Source of the DNA: Eledone cirrhosa
Lineage: Eukaryota
NCBI GenBank assembly: GCA_964016885.1
Contig: OZ024742.1
Location: forward strand, 61,814,001 to 61,878,000
Length of the DNA: 64,000 bases
Direction: 5' to 3'
Shown: positions 50,359 to 62,935 of the stretch, piece by piece
How positions within the stretch are numbered: position 1 is the first letter of the stretch
How the letters are laid out: every line of letters begins with the position of its first letter
Made by a program: the position numbers and the translations under genes
Notes under the pieces: model-generated
Told to the model about the DNA's origin: nothing
The model's input: the letters and a program-made list of their open reading frames with translations, nothing else
Databases searched by the model: none

Positions 50359-52999
50359 TCCTTAGTATTAATGGTGATAACAACAACAACAACAACAGCA
50401 ACAGCAACAGCAAATGATAAGAGCTGCAATTTAAACAGAATATCACAACTCAGTAATTTTATTACACTGCCTTCGATCCACCCTTCTACCCTTGCCACCC
50501 GGCAAACACATAAAATCTTGCGCATTTTTGGTTGTTGATTAATATCGATTATAGTCTATTTTCGAACGATGTTCTGCTTTTCTGACCAAAATAACATTTA
50601 ACCTTGTTAACAACCCGTTTGAATCGAGACCACTGTCCAATTAATATGGTTATGTAATATAATGCTCAGTCATGCTGAACTCCTGAGACCCCGGTATTAG
50701 ATATTTGCTCTTTCATAAATCCCCTCAATTAAACCCAACGTTATGGCAAATTCTTTTATCATTTACCCGGGGGTGGTAGAGCAAGGTACATGAGAGTATA
50801 TATTTTTCATAATCTCCAAAGCTATGAGAGAGAAGGGAGGTGTAAAAGTAAATATCCTCTAACCGGGTTCATGGTCTAAATGCTTGCAGCAGAGTGTGCT
50901 CTGCTAAAGGCATCCAAGGTTAAGAAAGTGGTATTAAACTCTGTGACAAATTAAGTCCATCACCCAACTAAGCCACAGTGGAATTTCTTTAGCAGCTGCT
51001 TTATTTTTACGAGCCGATGGGAGAGAGGGTGCCAAGGAGGAATATATCCTCAAACGGGAGACCTCTCCCGAATTCTTGAAACAGAGTTAATTCATCCCAA
51101 GGTCAGAAGAGCTGGATGGTACAGCAGGGCAGATAAAAAAAAAGAGCATACAAAATAAATATGTACAATCCACACTCAATGGGGAGAGAAACCCCATACT
51201 AGAAACTTGACAGGAACCCTTACAACAGAGTGGAGTTCGCTAAAGGCATCCAATGACCAGGTGATGCTGTTAGACATGAGTATTTAGTCTGCTTCATAAA
51301 TGGATCACAATGAGATTTGAACTCAAAACAAAGATTCGGAATAAATACTGCAATGCTCAAACGACTCTGTCAGCTGACCACCCTAGACTGCCGCTATTTT
51401 TTATCGACCCCTGAAGAACGAAGAATGAAAGGCCAAATGAACCTCAAAGAGGTTTGAACTCATAATGTAATGGGCCATAGTCCATAGTCCAAACGTTCCC
51501 AGGCACAACTGGGAATCAATGAGTTAATTCCAACATTTTGAATACTTTGTTTGAAACATAATATACACATCGACAAATCATTCCATGAATATATATATAT
51601 TGTATCCCATCATGCATAGAGTAATATTCTGATTTGTGGTCTTCCTGGTCTTCCTACCGCTGACACTCAATATATATATATATTGTTTGGATGATATACA
51701 CGCTTTCTGATGAAAGCCCAATTAGGTCCGAAAATCGATGAAACTTGTTTATCATTTTTTCAACTTACAGGGAAATTCGTATTTTCTGGCATGTCTCTGA
51801 GCAGAGCAATTCATTTTCCGTCGATCTAGTTTATTAAGCTGGCGACCCGGAGTTAATGTTGGCAAAGACTGGAGTCCAATCAAGAAATAGTCTTGCACTT
51901 TCAATCGCTTCACACTACATGAAACTGGAATAAGAGCAGGCCTTCCTCCAGCTAAGGCTAACATGGGCTGGAATAAAATGCCTGTAATTCCTGTAATTTA
52001 AATGATAAGCCTTTCATTGCCATATTTTTAATGAGATACACTGCCTATGATTCTCAAATAATTTTGAAAATAAACCAGAATTTTGAGAAATTTAGTAATA
52101 TAACTAACTTTCACAGTATTTAATTGGTGGATGGAGCATACCTTAACAACTTCTCTTACATGGTGGAAGGTTTTTAGATAAATATTAATATAAATACTTT
52201 AAACAAAACAATTTTGTAGAACCAGGAGCGGTTTGATATCAAATGGCTAGCACCACCATGATATCTTTCAGGACATTTTGGTGGAGTCCACATCGTTCCA
52301 AGAACTCGAGTCAGGTTTTTGTTCTAAAGCTAACTTTCTCCTTTTCTCCTTTCCCACATTATTCACGGTGTTTTTGAGAAATGTCATAAGCCATAAATAA
52401 ATATGGACTTGACCTGATTAGATTTCGACTATAAGCATTCAGGTGTTTGATCAACAACAAAAGCCTCAAGATATTAACGTGTAAGTAACTGAACATTTTA
52501 CAGACACGTATAACCTTAACGCAATTCTCAAGGAGATATAGTGTGACGCAGTGTTTGATAAATCTGGACTTTTGAATTACAGATACAGTCAATCCAACGG
52601 ACTTCCAGCTTGTTTCTGTCTACCCAGTTTTATTCACACGAGACTATGGTAAGTGAAACTTGCCCAAGATATCACGCAGTGACGTTGAACCCAGGACCTA
52701 ATGATTACGTCCACATATAAATATAACATACTTTAGTAGCAGCTTGAATATTATACAATTTTGATTCAGCTCACGTGTTCAGTAAATGTGGAAATTTTTC
52801 TTCATGTAAGAAATCAATATTCAGAGTATTATTCTTTTTGTCTTTTATTGGTTTTAGTCATTGAACTGTGGCCATACGGGGGTACCAACCGCTTTGAAGA
52901 TATTTAATCGACCACATCAGCCCCGGTACTTGTTTTTTTTTTTGTTTTTTTTTTTGTTTTTTTATGTCTGGTACTTATTGACCATTTTTTTCCGAACCA

Positions 53000-53262
53000 C
53001 GTCGCCTGGTTTAGGGTATTGGACTTATAATCATAATGTCGTACGTTCGATTCTTGGACCGGGTTGTGTGTTGTGTTATTGTGCCAAGCTCTTCATACTC
53101 AGCTGAAAATGAGTACCAGTAGTAGCTGGTGGTTTAACACTGCGATGGACTGACATCCTGTTCACAGGATGGGAAAGACTTATACTCCCAAGTTACTTAA
53201 AACCAAAGAAAGTGGGATAATCACCGGCTTAATGAGCCTCCGAGCTTAAGACAGACTTTGGA
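53000..53262 (+). mobile_element. SINE with V-domain-like segment
   Basis: GTTCGATTC B-box, CTGCGATGGACTGACATCCTG and AATGAGCCTCCGAGCTTAAGACAGACTTT tail. Confidence 0.65.
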
Positions 53263-53412
53263 CTAAGTTACAGGACATAAACAAACAGTTAATGTACATA
53301 CTGCCACGAAAAAACACTCATACACGCACACGCACGCGCACATACACACACAGATACACACACATACACACACATATATACACATATACACAAACAACAC
53401 AAGCATAGATAT

Positions 53413-53772
53413 GTTTCTTTATTAGCCACAGGGGCACAAAAGAAGGGGACAAATACAAAGGGGGAAGTTTACATACAATAAAAACGTGTAAAATATTATC
53501 ACAAATGCAATTTAAAAGTTAATCGATTTTCACCAATAGGGGGAGACATTTCATATGGGTAACACATACCAACGAAAAAATGTGCAACCCTCATCTCCAG
53601 GAGTACGAAGAGGTTGTACCCCTTTCCTCTCTTCCTCTTTTTCCTCAACCTACAGGCTGATATAGAGAGAAGGCCCATTCACTCGGGCCATTCTCGCCAC
53701 TTTCATCCACCTTTCATAAAACTTGCTGGGGTACAGCACCTCTCTCTCTCCATCCTGATTCTTCTTCCAAAA
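53413..53772 (-). mobile_element. Tx1-like LINE copy E (3' tip)
   Basis: Translation REVLYPSKFYERW..PSLYISL*. Ends CCCCTGTGGCTAATAAAGAAAC-ATATCTAT. Confidence 0.88.
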
Positions 53773-53788
53773 ATAGATAGATAGATAA

Positions 53789-55945
53789 ATTTCTTTATTA
53801 GCCACAAGGGCACAAAAAAAGGGGACAAATACAAATGGAGAGTTTACATACAGGTATATGAAAATAAAACTATTAATAAAATAACAAATAACAATTGAAA
53901 TCCCCAATAGGGGGGAGGTGTTACACAGGGGTTGTACACACCCCGAAAAAATGTACAACCCTTATCTTCAGGAGCACCAAGAGTGAGTGCTCCCTTCCTC
54001 TCTTCCTCTTTTTCCTCAACCTACAGGCTTATATAGAGAGAAGGCCGAACCGCTCGGGCCATCTTCGCCACATTCACCCACCTTTTATAAAATTTGCTGG
54101 GGTACAGCACCTCTCTCTCCATCCTGATTCTTCTTCCAAAATGATATTTGAAAAAACGAATCAGTTGCTCACCGGAGAGAAAGGTGTCTGACCTCAGCCC
54201 TTTTAACCTCGTCCACCATATAACCTCTTTCACCATAGCCATAACACATAGGAAAACCGCCTCTCCCTCGTTTTTGAAGGAGGGCGGCGGTTTGATCATG
54301 ACAATGGACTCGGTGGTCAACTGGATTGGTCCCACCCGCGACAATAGTCGTTCTACATAGCTCCACAGGTCAGTAACGCTCGGGCAGTGTACAAATGCGT
54401 GTGCGACGGTTTCCTCGTCGCGCACGCATCTCGGACAGATCTTTTTCGAAGGGTCCCTACCCGAGTGCCCGTGTCTGTAGAGCTTATCTCGAACTGGTAG
54501 AGCTCCTCGGTAGCACTGCCAGGCCAGGGACTTTTGGAAGTTTCCATTGGTCCCGGGCGGGAGGTCCTACCGAAAAGACTGGCCAGTTCGTCCTCCTCTA
54601 CGGCTAGAGTTTCTCCGAGCGTGTCGTCGCACTTGCTGCGGGCCAACCCTCTATAGAATGTCGAAGTGGAGTCTCCACTGATCGCCGGGTCCGTTTGCCA
54701 GAGGACTGTGAGCGCCTTTCAAGGATAGTTTGCACTCGGCCCACTTCTGGGTGAGCGCAAACACCTTGGCCGTCACCTCGTTCCAGTTCTTCTCCACCTG
54801 GAGGTCAGGACCAAACCAGACCCCGAGCAGCTTTACCGGTCCTTCCGTCCAGCGTCCGACGACGTCATCGAAAGGCATCGGTTTGCCTCTCTACGTTCCG
54901 AGTTGCAAACCGACGGATTTGTCCCGGTTCAGCTTCGCTCCTGTGAACCTTTCGTATTCCTCCAGTAAGGTGCAGATCTCCCCGATTTGCGAGGTGCTCG
55001 ACACCATTACTGTCACGTCGTCGGCGTATGCCGACGCCGCTTTTCGCAGTCCCGATTCCAAAGGGATGCCCTGCAATAGTTCCAACTTGAGCAGTAGTGG
55101 CTCGAGAGTCAGTATGTACAGAAGGGAGGAGAGAGGGCATCCCTGTCGGATGGATCGCGTGATATGGAACGCCTCCGAGAGGTAGCCGTTCACCTTGACC
55201 CTTGAGCAGATGTTGCTGTTGTGCATTGCAGCAATTCAGCCCCTGAACACGGGGCCGAAGCCTGCCGCCTCGAGCACCGCATCCAGGTAACGATGGTCAA
55301 CCCTATCGAAAGCCTTAGACTGATCCAAGTTGATCAGGGCCCCACCGAAGCCGGGTTTACACCCTACCCTCTCTATTATGTATCGCATGAGGTGGAGGTT
55401 GTCGTGTATGGACCTGGTCGGGATTGTGCATGTCTGCGCCTCTCCCACCAGGTTTTCGACGACAAGCGCTAGCCTCTTTGCCAACATATTGGCCGAAATC
55501 TGTAACTCAGTGTTGAGCAGAGTTATGGGCCAGGAAGTTGCCTATGTCGTCCCCCTTGTTTTCGTCCTTCCTGACTAACGTGATTACGCCCTTGGTCACA
55601 GAACTCGGAATTCTCCCGTTCTGCTGCCAGTTGCAGTAGACCGCTTCCAGGAGACCAGAGAACAATCTGGCATTGCTACATAAAATTCGTAGGGTAGACC
55701 GTCGGGACCTGGAGATTTGCGTTTGCCGCATTGGCTCAGCGCATCCCCTCTCGCAGCGGCCGAAATCGTCCTTTCGTAGAACTTCGCCTCGCTGTCCGAG
55801 AGTCGCGGTAGGCCGTCGAGGTATGAACCGAAATCCATAGGCCCTCCCGGCGCGCCGCACTGCCCGAACAGTTGAGCAAAGTGCCGCTGAAAGGCCGCGC
55901 ACATTTGCTTCGGCTCACGTATCACGCGTCCGTCTTGGTCCTTCA
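53789..55945 (-). mobile_element. Tx1-like LINE copy D (RT to 3' end, internal deletion near 54716)
   Basis: KSPGPDGLPYEFY, DQSKAFDRVDH, RQGCPLS and AYADD, with a (TATC)n tail at 53773-53788. Confidence 0.92.
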
Positions 55946-55952
55946 TAGATAA

Positions 55953-56632
55953 GTTTCTATTTATTTGCCACAAGGGCATAAAAGAAGGGGAGAAATACAA
56001 ATGGGGGGGTTTACATACAGGTATATGAAAATAAAACTATTAATAAAATAACAAATAACAATTGAAATCCCCAATAGGGGGGGCGTAACACAGGGGTTGT
56101 ACACACCCCGAAAAATATACAACCCTCATCTCCAGGAGCACCAAGAGTGCATACTCCCTTCCTCTCTTCCTCTTTTTCCTCAACCTACAGGCTTATATAG
56201 AGAGAAGCCCAACCACTCGGGCCATCTTTGCCACATTCACCCACCTTTTATAAAATTTGCTGGGTACAGCACCTCTCTCTCCATCCTGATTCTTCTTCCA
56301 AAATGATATTTGAAAAAACGAATCAGCTGCTCGCCGGAGAGAAAGGTGTCTGACCTCAGCCCTTTTAACCTCGTCCACCATATAACCTCTTTCACCATAG
56401 CCATAACACATAGGAAAACCGCCTCTCCCTCGTTTTTGAAGGAGGGTGGCGGTTTGATCATGACAATGGACTCGGTGGTCAACTGGATTGGTCCCACCCG
56501 CGACAATAGTTCGTCCTCCTCTACGGCTAGAGTTTCTCCGAGCGTGTCGTCGCACTTGCTGCGGACCAACCCTCTATAGAATCTCGAAGTGGAGTCTCCA
56601 CTGACCGCCGGGTCCGTTTGCCAGAGGACTGT
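55953..56632 (-). mobile_element. Tx1-like LINE copy C (3' part, internal deletion near 56508)
   Basis: Near-identical to the 3' part of copy D. Ends CCCTTGTGGCAAATAAATAGAAAC-TTATCTA. Confidence 0.9.
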
Positions 56633-56678
<46 letters not shown>

Positions 56679-56679
<1 letters not shown>

Positions 56680-57409
56680 TTCTTTATTAGCCACAAGGGC
56701 GCAACAAGAAAGGGGACAATACAAAGACATGCCGGGGATTTTACATACAGTCGTGTAAAAAATATAAAAACAAACAATTTCAACAATCGAAATCCCCAAT
56801 AGGGGGGAGGCGCCACAAATGGGTTGTTTAATACCCCGTCGATAGAACAACCCTCAACTCAAGGAGCGTGTTGTGCAAGTGCTCCTTTCTTCCTTTTGCT
56901 CTCTTCCTCAACCTACAGGCTTATAAACAGAGAAGGCCCAATCACTCGGGCCATTTTCGCTTCATTCACCCACCTTTCAGTAAATTTACTGGGGTGCAGT
57001 GCCTCTCTCTCCACCCTGATTCTCCTTCTAAAGTGATACTTAAAGAATGGAATCAATTGTTGTCCGGAGAGAAAGGCATCTGTCCTCAGTCCTCTCAACC
57101 TCGTCCACCATATAACTTCTTTCACCATAGCCACCGTACAGAGGAAAACCGCCTCTCTTTCGTTTTTGAAAGGGTCTGGCGGTTTGATCCTTACTATGGA
57201 CTCGGCAGTCAACTGTATTTGTCCCATACGCGACAGCAGTTGTTCTTCATAGTTCCACAGGTCGCTTACGCCCGGGCAGTGTACAATTGCGTGCAGAACT
57301 GTTTCAATGTCCTGCGCACATCTTGGACACGTCCTCTTGGAAGGATCCCTGCCAGGGCGTCCGTGCCGGTAGAGCTCCTCGGTAGCACTGCCAGGCCAGG
57401 GACCTCTGG

Positions 57410-57411
<2 letters not shown>
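56679..57411 (-). mobile_element. Tx1-like LINE copy B (3' part)
   Basis: CPRCAQDIETVLHAIVHC..PSLFISL*, flanked by (GATA)n at 56633-56678 and 57412-57467. Confidence 0.9.
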
Positions 57412-57467
<56 letters not shown>

Positions 57468-60210
57468 TCTTTCTTTATTTGCCACAGGGGCGTACAAAAA
57501 TGGGACATTACAAGATGTGACGGCGGGGTTTTACATAAAAATCATATAACTTCAACATTAATAAATAAGAATTAACTATATATAATAAAATAACAAATAA
57601 CAATTGAAATCCCCAATAGGGGGGAACGTTATTGCAGGGTTGTTTTACACCCCGTGGATAGAACAACGCTCAACACCAGGAACACGTTTTGTAGGTGATC
57701 CAGTCTTCCCTCTGTTTATCTTCCTCAACCTCCAGGTTTATATAGAGAAGGCCCATTCACTCGGGCCATTTTCACCACATTCACCCACCTTTCAGCGAAT
57801 TTACTGGGGTGTAGCACCTCTCTCTCCACTCTCACCTTCCTTCTGAAGTGGTACTTAAAGAAGAGGATAAGTTGTTGTCCGGAGAGAAAGGTGTTTTCCC
57901 TCAGTCCTTTTAACCTCGTCCACCATATTACCTCTTTCGCCATAGCCACCAGACAGAGGAAAACCGCCTCTCCTTCATTCTTAAGTGAAAGCGGCGGGGT
58001 GATCCTCACCATGGACTCGGCTGACAACTGGATGCGTCCCACACGTGACAGTAGCTGTTCGACATAATTCCACAGGTCGGTCACCCCTGGGCACTGAACA
58101 ATTGCGTGCAGAGCGGTTTCGATGTCTCGCATCTTGGACAGGTCCTTTTGGCAGGATCTCTGCCAGGGCGTCCGTGCCTGTAGATTTTGTCTAGAACTTT
58201 TAGAGCTCCTCGGTAGCACTGCCAGGCCAGAGACCTCTGGAAGTTATCCATAGGCCTTGGACTGAAAATCCTCCCGAACAGACTGGTCAGTTCGTCCTCC
58301 TCGATGCCTAGAGTTTCCCAGAGAACGTTGTCGCACTTATCCTCCACTAATCCCCTATAGAATGTCGAAGTGGAGTCTCCGCTGATTGCCGTTTCCGCTT
58401 GGTAGAGAGCTGTGAGCGCCTGAAGGCACTCGAGGTGCCAGGCACCCATTTTCGGTCTTCGCTTGACCTAGGACTGCAGCTCTGTTAGTGAGACGAGTTG
58501 TGGAAGAGCTTGTCTCACAAACGACAGCCACACCGGTTCACCGGTCTGGAATAGCTGGAGATGGCGTAGCCTCAGCGCGTGTTTGCACATCATCAGCCAC
58601 GGCATGCCCAGCCCTCCGTTAGAAGGGTGTTGACAGCAGATGGATCTCCTCACTAATGTAGCCTGTTTCTTCCAGAGGAATTTGAAGAGTAGGCGTTCCA
58701 TTTTGGCAAGGTATTCGCGGGGACAGGGCACGGCTGTCAAGCGGTAGTAGATGACGGACGCTATGTAAGTGTTCGCCACCTTCGCTCGACCTTTCAAGGA
58801 GAGTTTGCACTCAGCCCACTTCTGGGTGAGTGCAAACACTTCGCCGTGACCTCGTTCCAATTCTTGTCCACCTAGAGGTCTGGACCAAACCAGACTCCGA
58901 GCAATTTCACCGGTCCTTCCGTCCAGCATCCAACGACGCTGTCGGAAGGCATGGGATTGCCTCTCCATGTGACGAGTTGCAAACCGACAGACTTGTTTGG
59001 GTTTAGTCTTGCTCCTATCAACGTTTCTTATTCCTGTAATAGGTTGCCGATTACCCCGATTTCCGAGGTTTTCGACACCATTACGGTTATGTCGTCGGCA
59101 TAAGCCGACGCTGTTTTCCGCAGACCTGGTTCGATCGGGATGCCCTGCAACAGCTCCAACTTACGCAGTAATGGCTCGAGAGTCAGTACATACAGAATGG
59201 AGGAGAGAGGGCATCCCTGACGGATAGAACGCATGATTTGGAATGGCTCCGATAGGTAGCTATTCACCTTGACTGCCGAGCAGATGCTGGTGTGCATGGC
59301 AGCGATCCAGCCTCTGAAGACGGGACCGAAGCCGGCCGCCTTGAGAACCGCTTCCAAGTATTGATGGTGGACCCTATCAAATGCCTTAGACTGATCTAAA
59401 TTAATCAGAACCCTACTGAAGCCAAGTTTACACCCTACCCTCTCTATGATGTATCGCATGAGGTGGAGGTTGTCGTGTATGGACCTGGTCGGGATTGTTC
59501 TCATCTTTCCTGATCAGTGTTACTACGCCTCTGCCTACAGAACTGGGAATCCTCCCGTTCTAATGCCAGTTGCAGTAGACCGCTTCGAGGACGCCAGAGA
59601 ACAAGTCTGGCATGCCTATGTAAAACTCATAGGGTAGACCATCTAAACCGGGTGATTTGCGTTTCCCGCAGCGGCGTAGGGCATCTTCTATTTCGCCCGC
59701 TGTGATCGGCCTTTCGCAGCTCTCTGCATCCATGCTTGAGAGTCGTGGTAGGAACTGAAGTCCATCACCTCGCTCGACGTACCGCTTTGCCCGAACAGTT
59801 GTGCAAAATGCTGCTGGAAGGCCGTGTACATCTGCTTGGATTCAAGTAGAATGCGTCCATCTTTGTCTTGCAAAAACCGAATTATGGATTTGTTGCCACT
59901 TTTCGCCTCTGCCACTCGGGCCCAGCTAACAGCTTTGGCTCCCTCGTTTCTTAGAGCACGTGTTTTACTTCTGACAATACAACTTTCGTGTTTCACGTTG
60001 AAAAACTGGTCTAGTGCCGTTCTCGCCGCTAACATGTCAGCTGTACTTCCATTCCTAAGTGCCTCTTCTACTTTAGCTACCAGTTCCTTTTCAGTTTTGT
60101 TTTTTTCTAAAGCTACTTCCTTGCTAAATGCTATCGATTCTATTCTAATTGCTCTCTTGATAGAGCTCCACCACCTGTTGCTAACGATCGCCCCCGTCAA
60201 CTGGCACTTA
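57468..60210 (-). mobile_element. Tx1-like LINE copy A (post-endonuclease ORF2 to 3' end)
   Basis: WWSSIKRAIR, DQSKAFDRVH, RQGCPLS, AYADD and GGLGMP across frameshifted ORFs, with a (TATC)n tail. Confidence 0.92.
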
Positions 60211-60545
60211 ATCTATGTGGGATGGACACACGTGTGAAACTTGCTGAGTAAGTTCTGCTTAAATGTCTATAGAAATTCCTGACTGTGAGCCTTCGTTTTT
60301 ATACCAATTTGTAGAGGGACTGCCAGGTCAAATTTTGATCTGGTCAGTCTCTCAAAATATTCTACGCCTTTAGGCGAAATAGTTCATGAAAAACCTTTTG
60401 GGAAAAGTAACGTTTTAAAACATTCGAAGGAGGAAAAGGGAAGATATGCTTACAGCTTCCCCCTTCCACTGTCATAGTAGCAGATGTCTCAGACAAAGGT
60501 CAGAAAGAGGAAGGATTTTCTCCACCTGCTGATCGACAACTTGAC

Positions 60546-60559
60546 GTTGCCATGGCAAC
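60546..60559. promoter_or_regulatory. Perfect RFX X-box-like palindrome GTTGCCATGGCAAC
   Basis: Exact 14 bp palindrome matching the canonical X-box and overlapping the ORF1 ATG. Function is untested. Confidence 0.4.
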
Positions 60560-62113
60560 AAACCAAAACCAAAAGTGTAAAACAATGAACAAAACAACAC
60601 AACCGGCACCACCAGCAACAACAACAACAACAATGCTATGAATGAAAACAACACCAACAACAACGAAGACAACAACAATAACAAGAACAACAAAAACAAC
60701 TCCAGCACAAACGAAAACAACTAAACACACCAAAGAAAAAACGTTTGCAGAAGGCCTTGCCAAAGAGACAGAGTTTATAGAAATAGATCTGTCATACCAA
60801 GCGCAGCACCTAAAGGATGCTGCGCAACATATAGCTTTCGAAGGTAACGGCTTTCGAATAAGTACCCCACTGGAAATTCGGGCCGCGACCTTAAGAAAAA
60901 CAATTTTCTTCCGGACGATCTGCTCACAAACCAAGAAACTTATGGCTTTAAGCAATAGCCCGGTGGAAACCGCACTAAAGGAGGCAATGCCAAACATTGC
61001 TTACCTCCAGAGGGCCAAGCAGTGCGGGAGCATCTCGGTGCTCTTTAAAAGCGAGGCTCTCGCCCAGAAATATTCGGAGGCTCCAATTAGAACGAGCCAA
61101 CACATCTTCTTCCCAACATACATGGGAAGAAGATCCCATAAAATAAGGATCTCCCAGATCCCACCGAACACCAACATTTGTTGGATCCTGGGTGGTTTTT
61201 GGAGGGGGTGAAGACAACCTCCTATCTGTAAAAAAATCAATCCGACAGAACTGGAACGGGGCCTCAATGGAGTTTGTGGTTCAAATGAAACCGGAGAGGA
61301 TTGAAAAAATACCGGAAAGGGTGCCGGTGGAGGATAACCATGTTGTCCACATCGCAGTGGAGGGAAAAAGACCACAATGTTTCAAATGTGGAAAAACACA
61401 CATTAAAAGCATTTTGCCCAATGCTGGATGTGGAAAAACAAAAGAAGGCGTTGTTGCCAACCCCAAAACTACAACAGACACACCCGAAAACAAAAAACAC
61501 AAACCCCAAACCATCAACATTCACCCAACCATCACAAACCACAAAAGACACCACACCAAAAATTCCCCTTCCCGCTCTGTCCAACACCCCCCCCCCCCCA
61601 CACACACACACACACAAACACACACACAAACACTCCACCAACACACAACATACCCCTCCCACCTACCCACAATGATAACACCTCAGACACGGGAACCTCA
61701 ACATCTCCAAGTGAGGATGAAGAGGAACCCAAAAAATCCAAGAAGCAAAAAAGACAGAAAAAATACAACAAAAACAACAACCGAAAACACGCACACACCC
61801 AACACTGACATAAACATACCGCCACAAACGACAACCGCACCAACAACACAACCAGACACTTCCACCAACAAAACAAACACCCACACCACCACAATCACAA
61901 ACCCCAACCACAAAAAGAAAACTACAAACAGAAACAGTACACATAAAAAACAAAACACATTACACATACATAAAAACAAGAAACAAAGAAATGGTGGAAA
62001 CTGTCCGAAAGGACTCCACAGTACAAACAGAAGCGAAAACCTTCAACTCCAACGACCCACCCTCAAACCTCAAACTTATCAGGATAACAACCCTACAGTA
62101 CGAAACTTTAAAA
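60552..62113 (+). pseudogene. Tx1-like ORF1 (RRM-like region plus zinc knuckle), disrupted and inverted relative to the adjacent ORF2
   Basis: ATG 60552 is in frame with ORF 60642, with one stop at ~60639 and a frameshift at ~61200. It contains the knuckle CFKCGKTHIKS and aligns by eye with the ORF1 at 17570-18094 (TPLEI/HPFEI, FRTICS/YRTIGS, GSISVLF/GTVDVLF). Confidence 0.8.
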
Positions 62114-62153
62114 GATAGATAGATAGATAGACATACATATATATATTTACTTG

Positions 62154-62222
<69 letters not shown>

Positions 62223-62226
<4 letters not shown>

Positions 62227-62380
62227 TCATTCGAAGGAAATCGTCATGATAGCTTTCCTGATGATTTCCTTCGAATGAAACAGTGCTAGTCCTGTAGAAG
62301 CCATTTCTATATTAAATATTTATACTCTGCTATGTATTGAGTACCTTACTTACTGTGGTTACCCCCGATTGAACCCGGGA
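62223..62380 (+). ncRNA. Hammerhead-like motif within a long hairpin (Penelope pLTR-like module)
   Basis: CTGATGA-TTTCCTTCGAAT-GAAAC-AGTGCTA-GTC at 62258-62291, preceded by its own reverse complement (62223-62246). Confidence 0.55.
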
Positions 62381-62550
62381 TACACACACACACACACAGA
62401 CACACACACACACACACACACACACTTCCGTGTGTTAATCATCAATGCTGGTTGAACCAAGCAATCTACCACTATAATGTAATCAAATGTAAGTGCTCCA
62501 CGCCATGGATATCATAAGGTATTACGTATATAGTATCAGACGAGGCATAA

Positions 62551-62766
62551 ATATTAAGAGAAAAAAAGACGGATGGTCTCATTTATTCAACTTCAGTTTA
62601 TTACATCACACCTGTTATGGACGCTGTTTACACTCTCAATACCTATCTGACTACAACGTATTAGATAACTATTGCATAATGACATTTCAATGCCTTTGAA
62701 ATGTACGTAGCATGTGTGATGTAATAAACTGAAGTTGAATATGTGAAACCGTTTCTCTTCTTAATA
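62551..62766. mobile_element. MITE-like inverted repeat
   Basis: TATTCAACTTCAGTTTATTACATCACAC pairs with GTGTGATGTAATAAACTGAAGTTGAATA, with imperfect outer arms. Confidence 0.7.
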
Positions 62767-62774
62767 ATATATAT

Positions 62775-62935
62775 ACGCTAAGGGTTTCCACACAGTTTCG
62801 TCTCACAACTTTTACTCACAAAACATGGGTCAACTCGAAGCTATAATAGATGTTACTTGTCGAAGGTACCACCTAGCAGCGGGACCGAACCCGCGACCAC
62901 GGAGTTACCAAAGGAACTCTTTAACCAAACAGCCG
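62775..62935 (-). mobile_element. Degenerate tRNA-derived SINE
   Basis: Minus-strand GGCTGTTTGGTTAAAG..GGGTTCGGTCCC head. Related pieces lie at 36250-36375 and 52600-52705. Confidence 0.55.

Noticed and set aside
50690-51280. Loosely repeated blocks (CAGAGTG..GCTAAAGGCATCCAA)
   Set aside because: They are too degenerate to classify by eye.
51771-51840. Splice acceptor TTACAG|G considered as a coding exon
   Set aside because: It has early stops, no donor site, and runs into SINE-like sequence.
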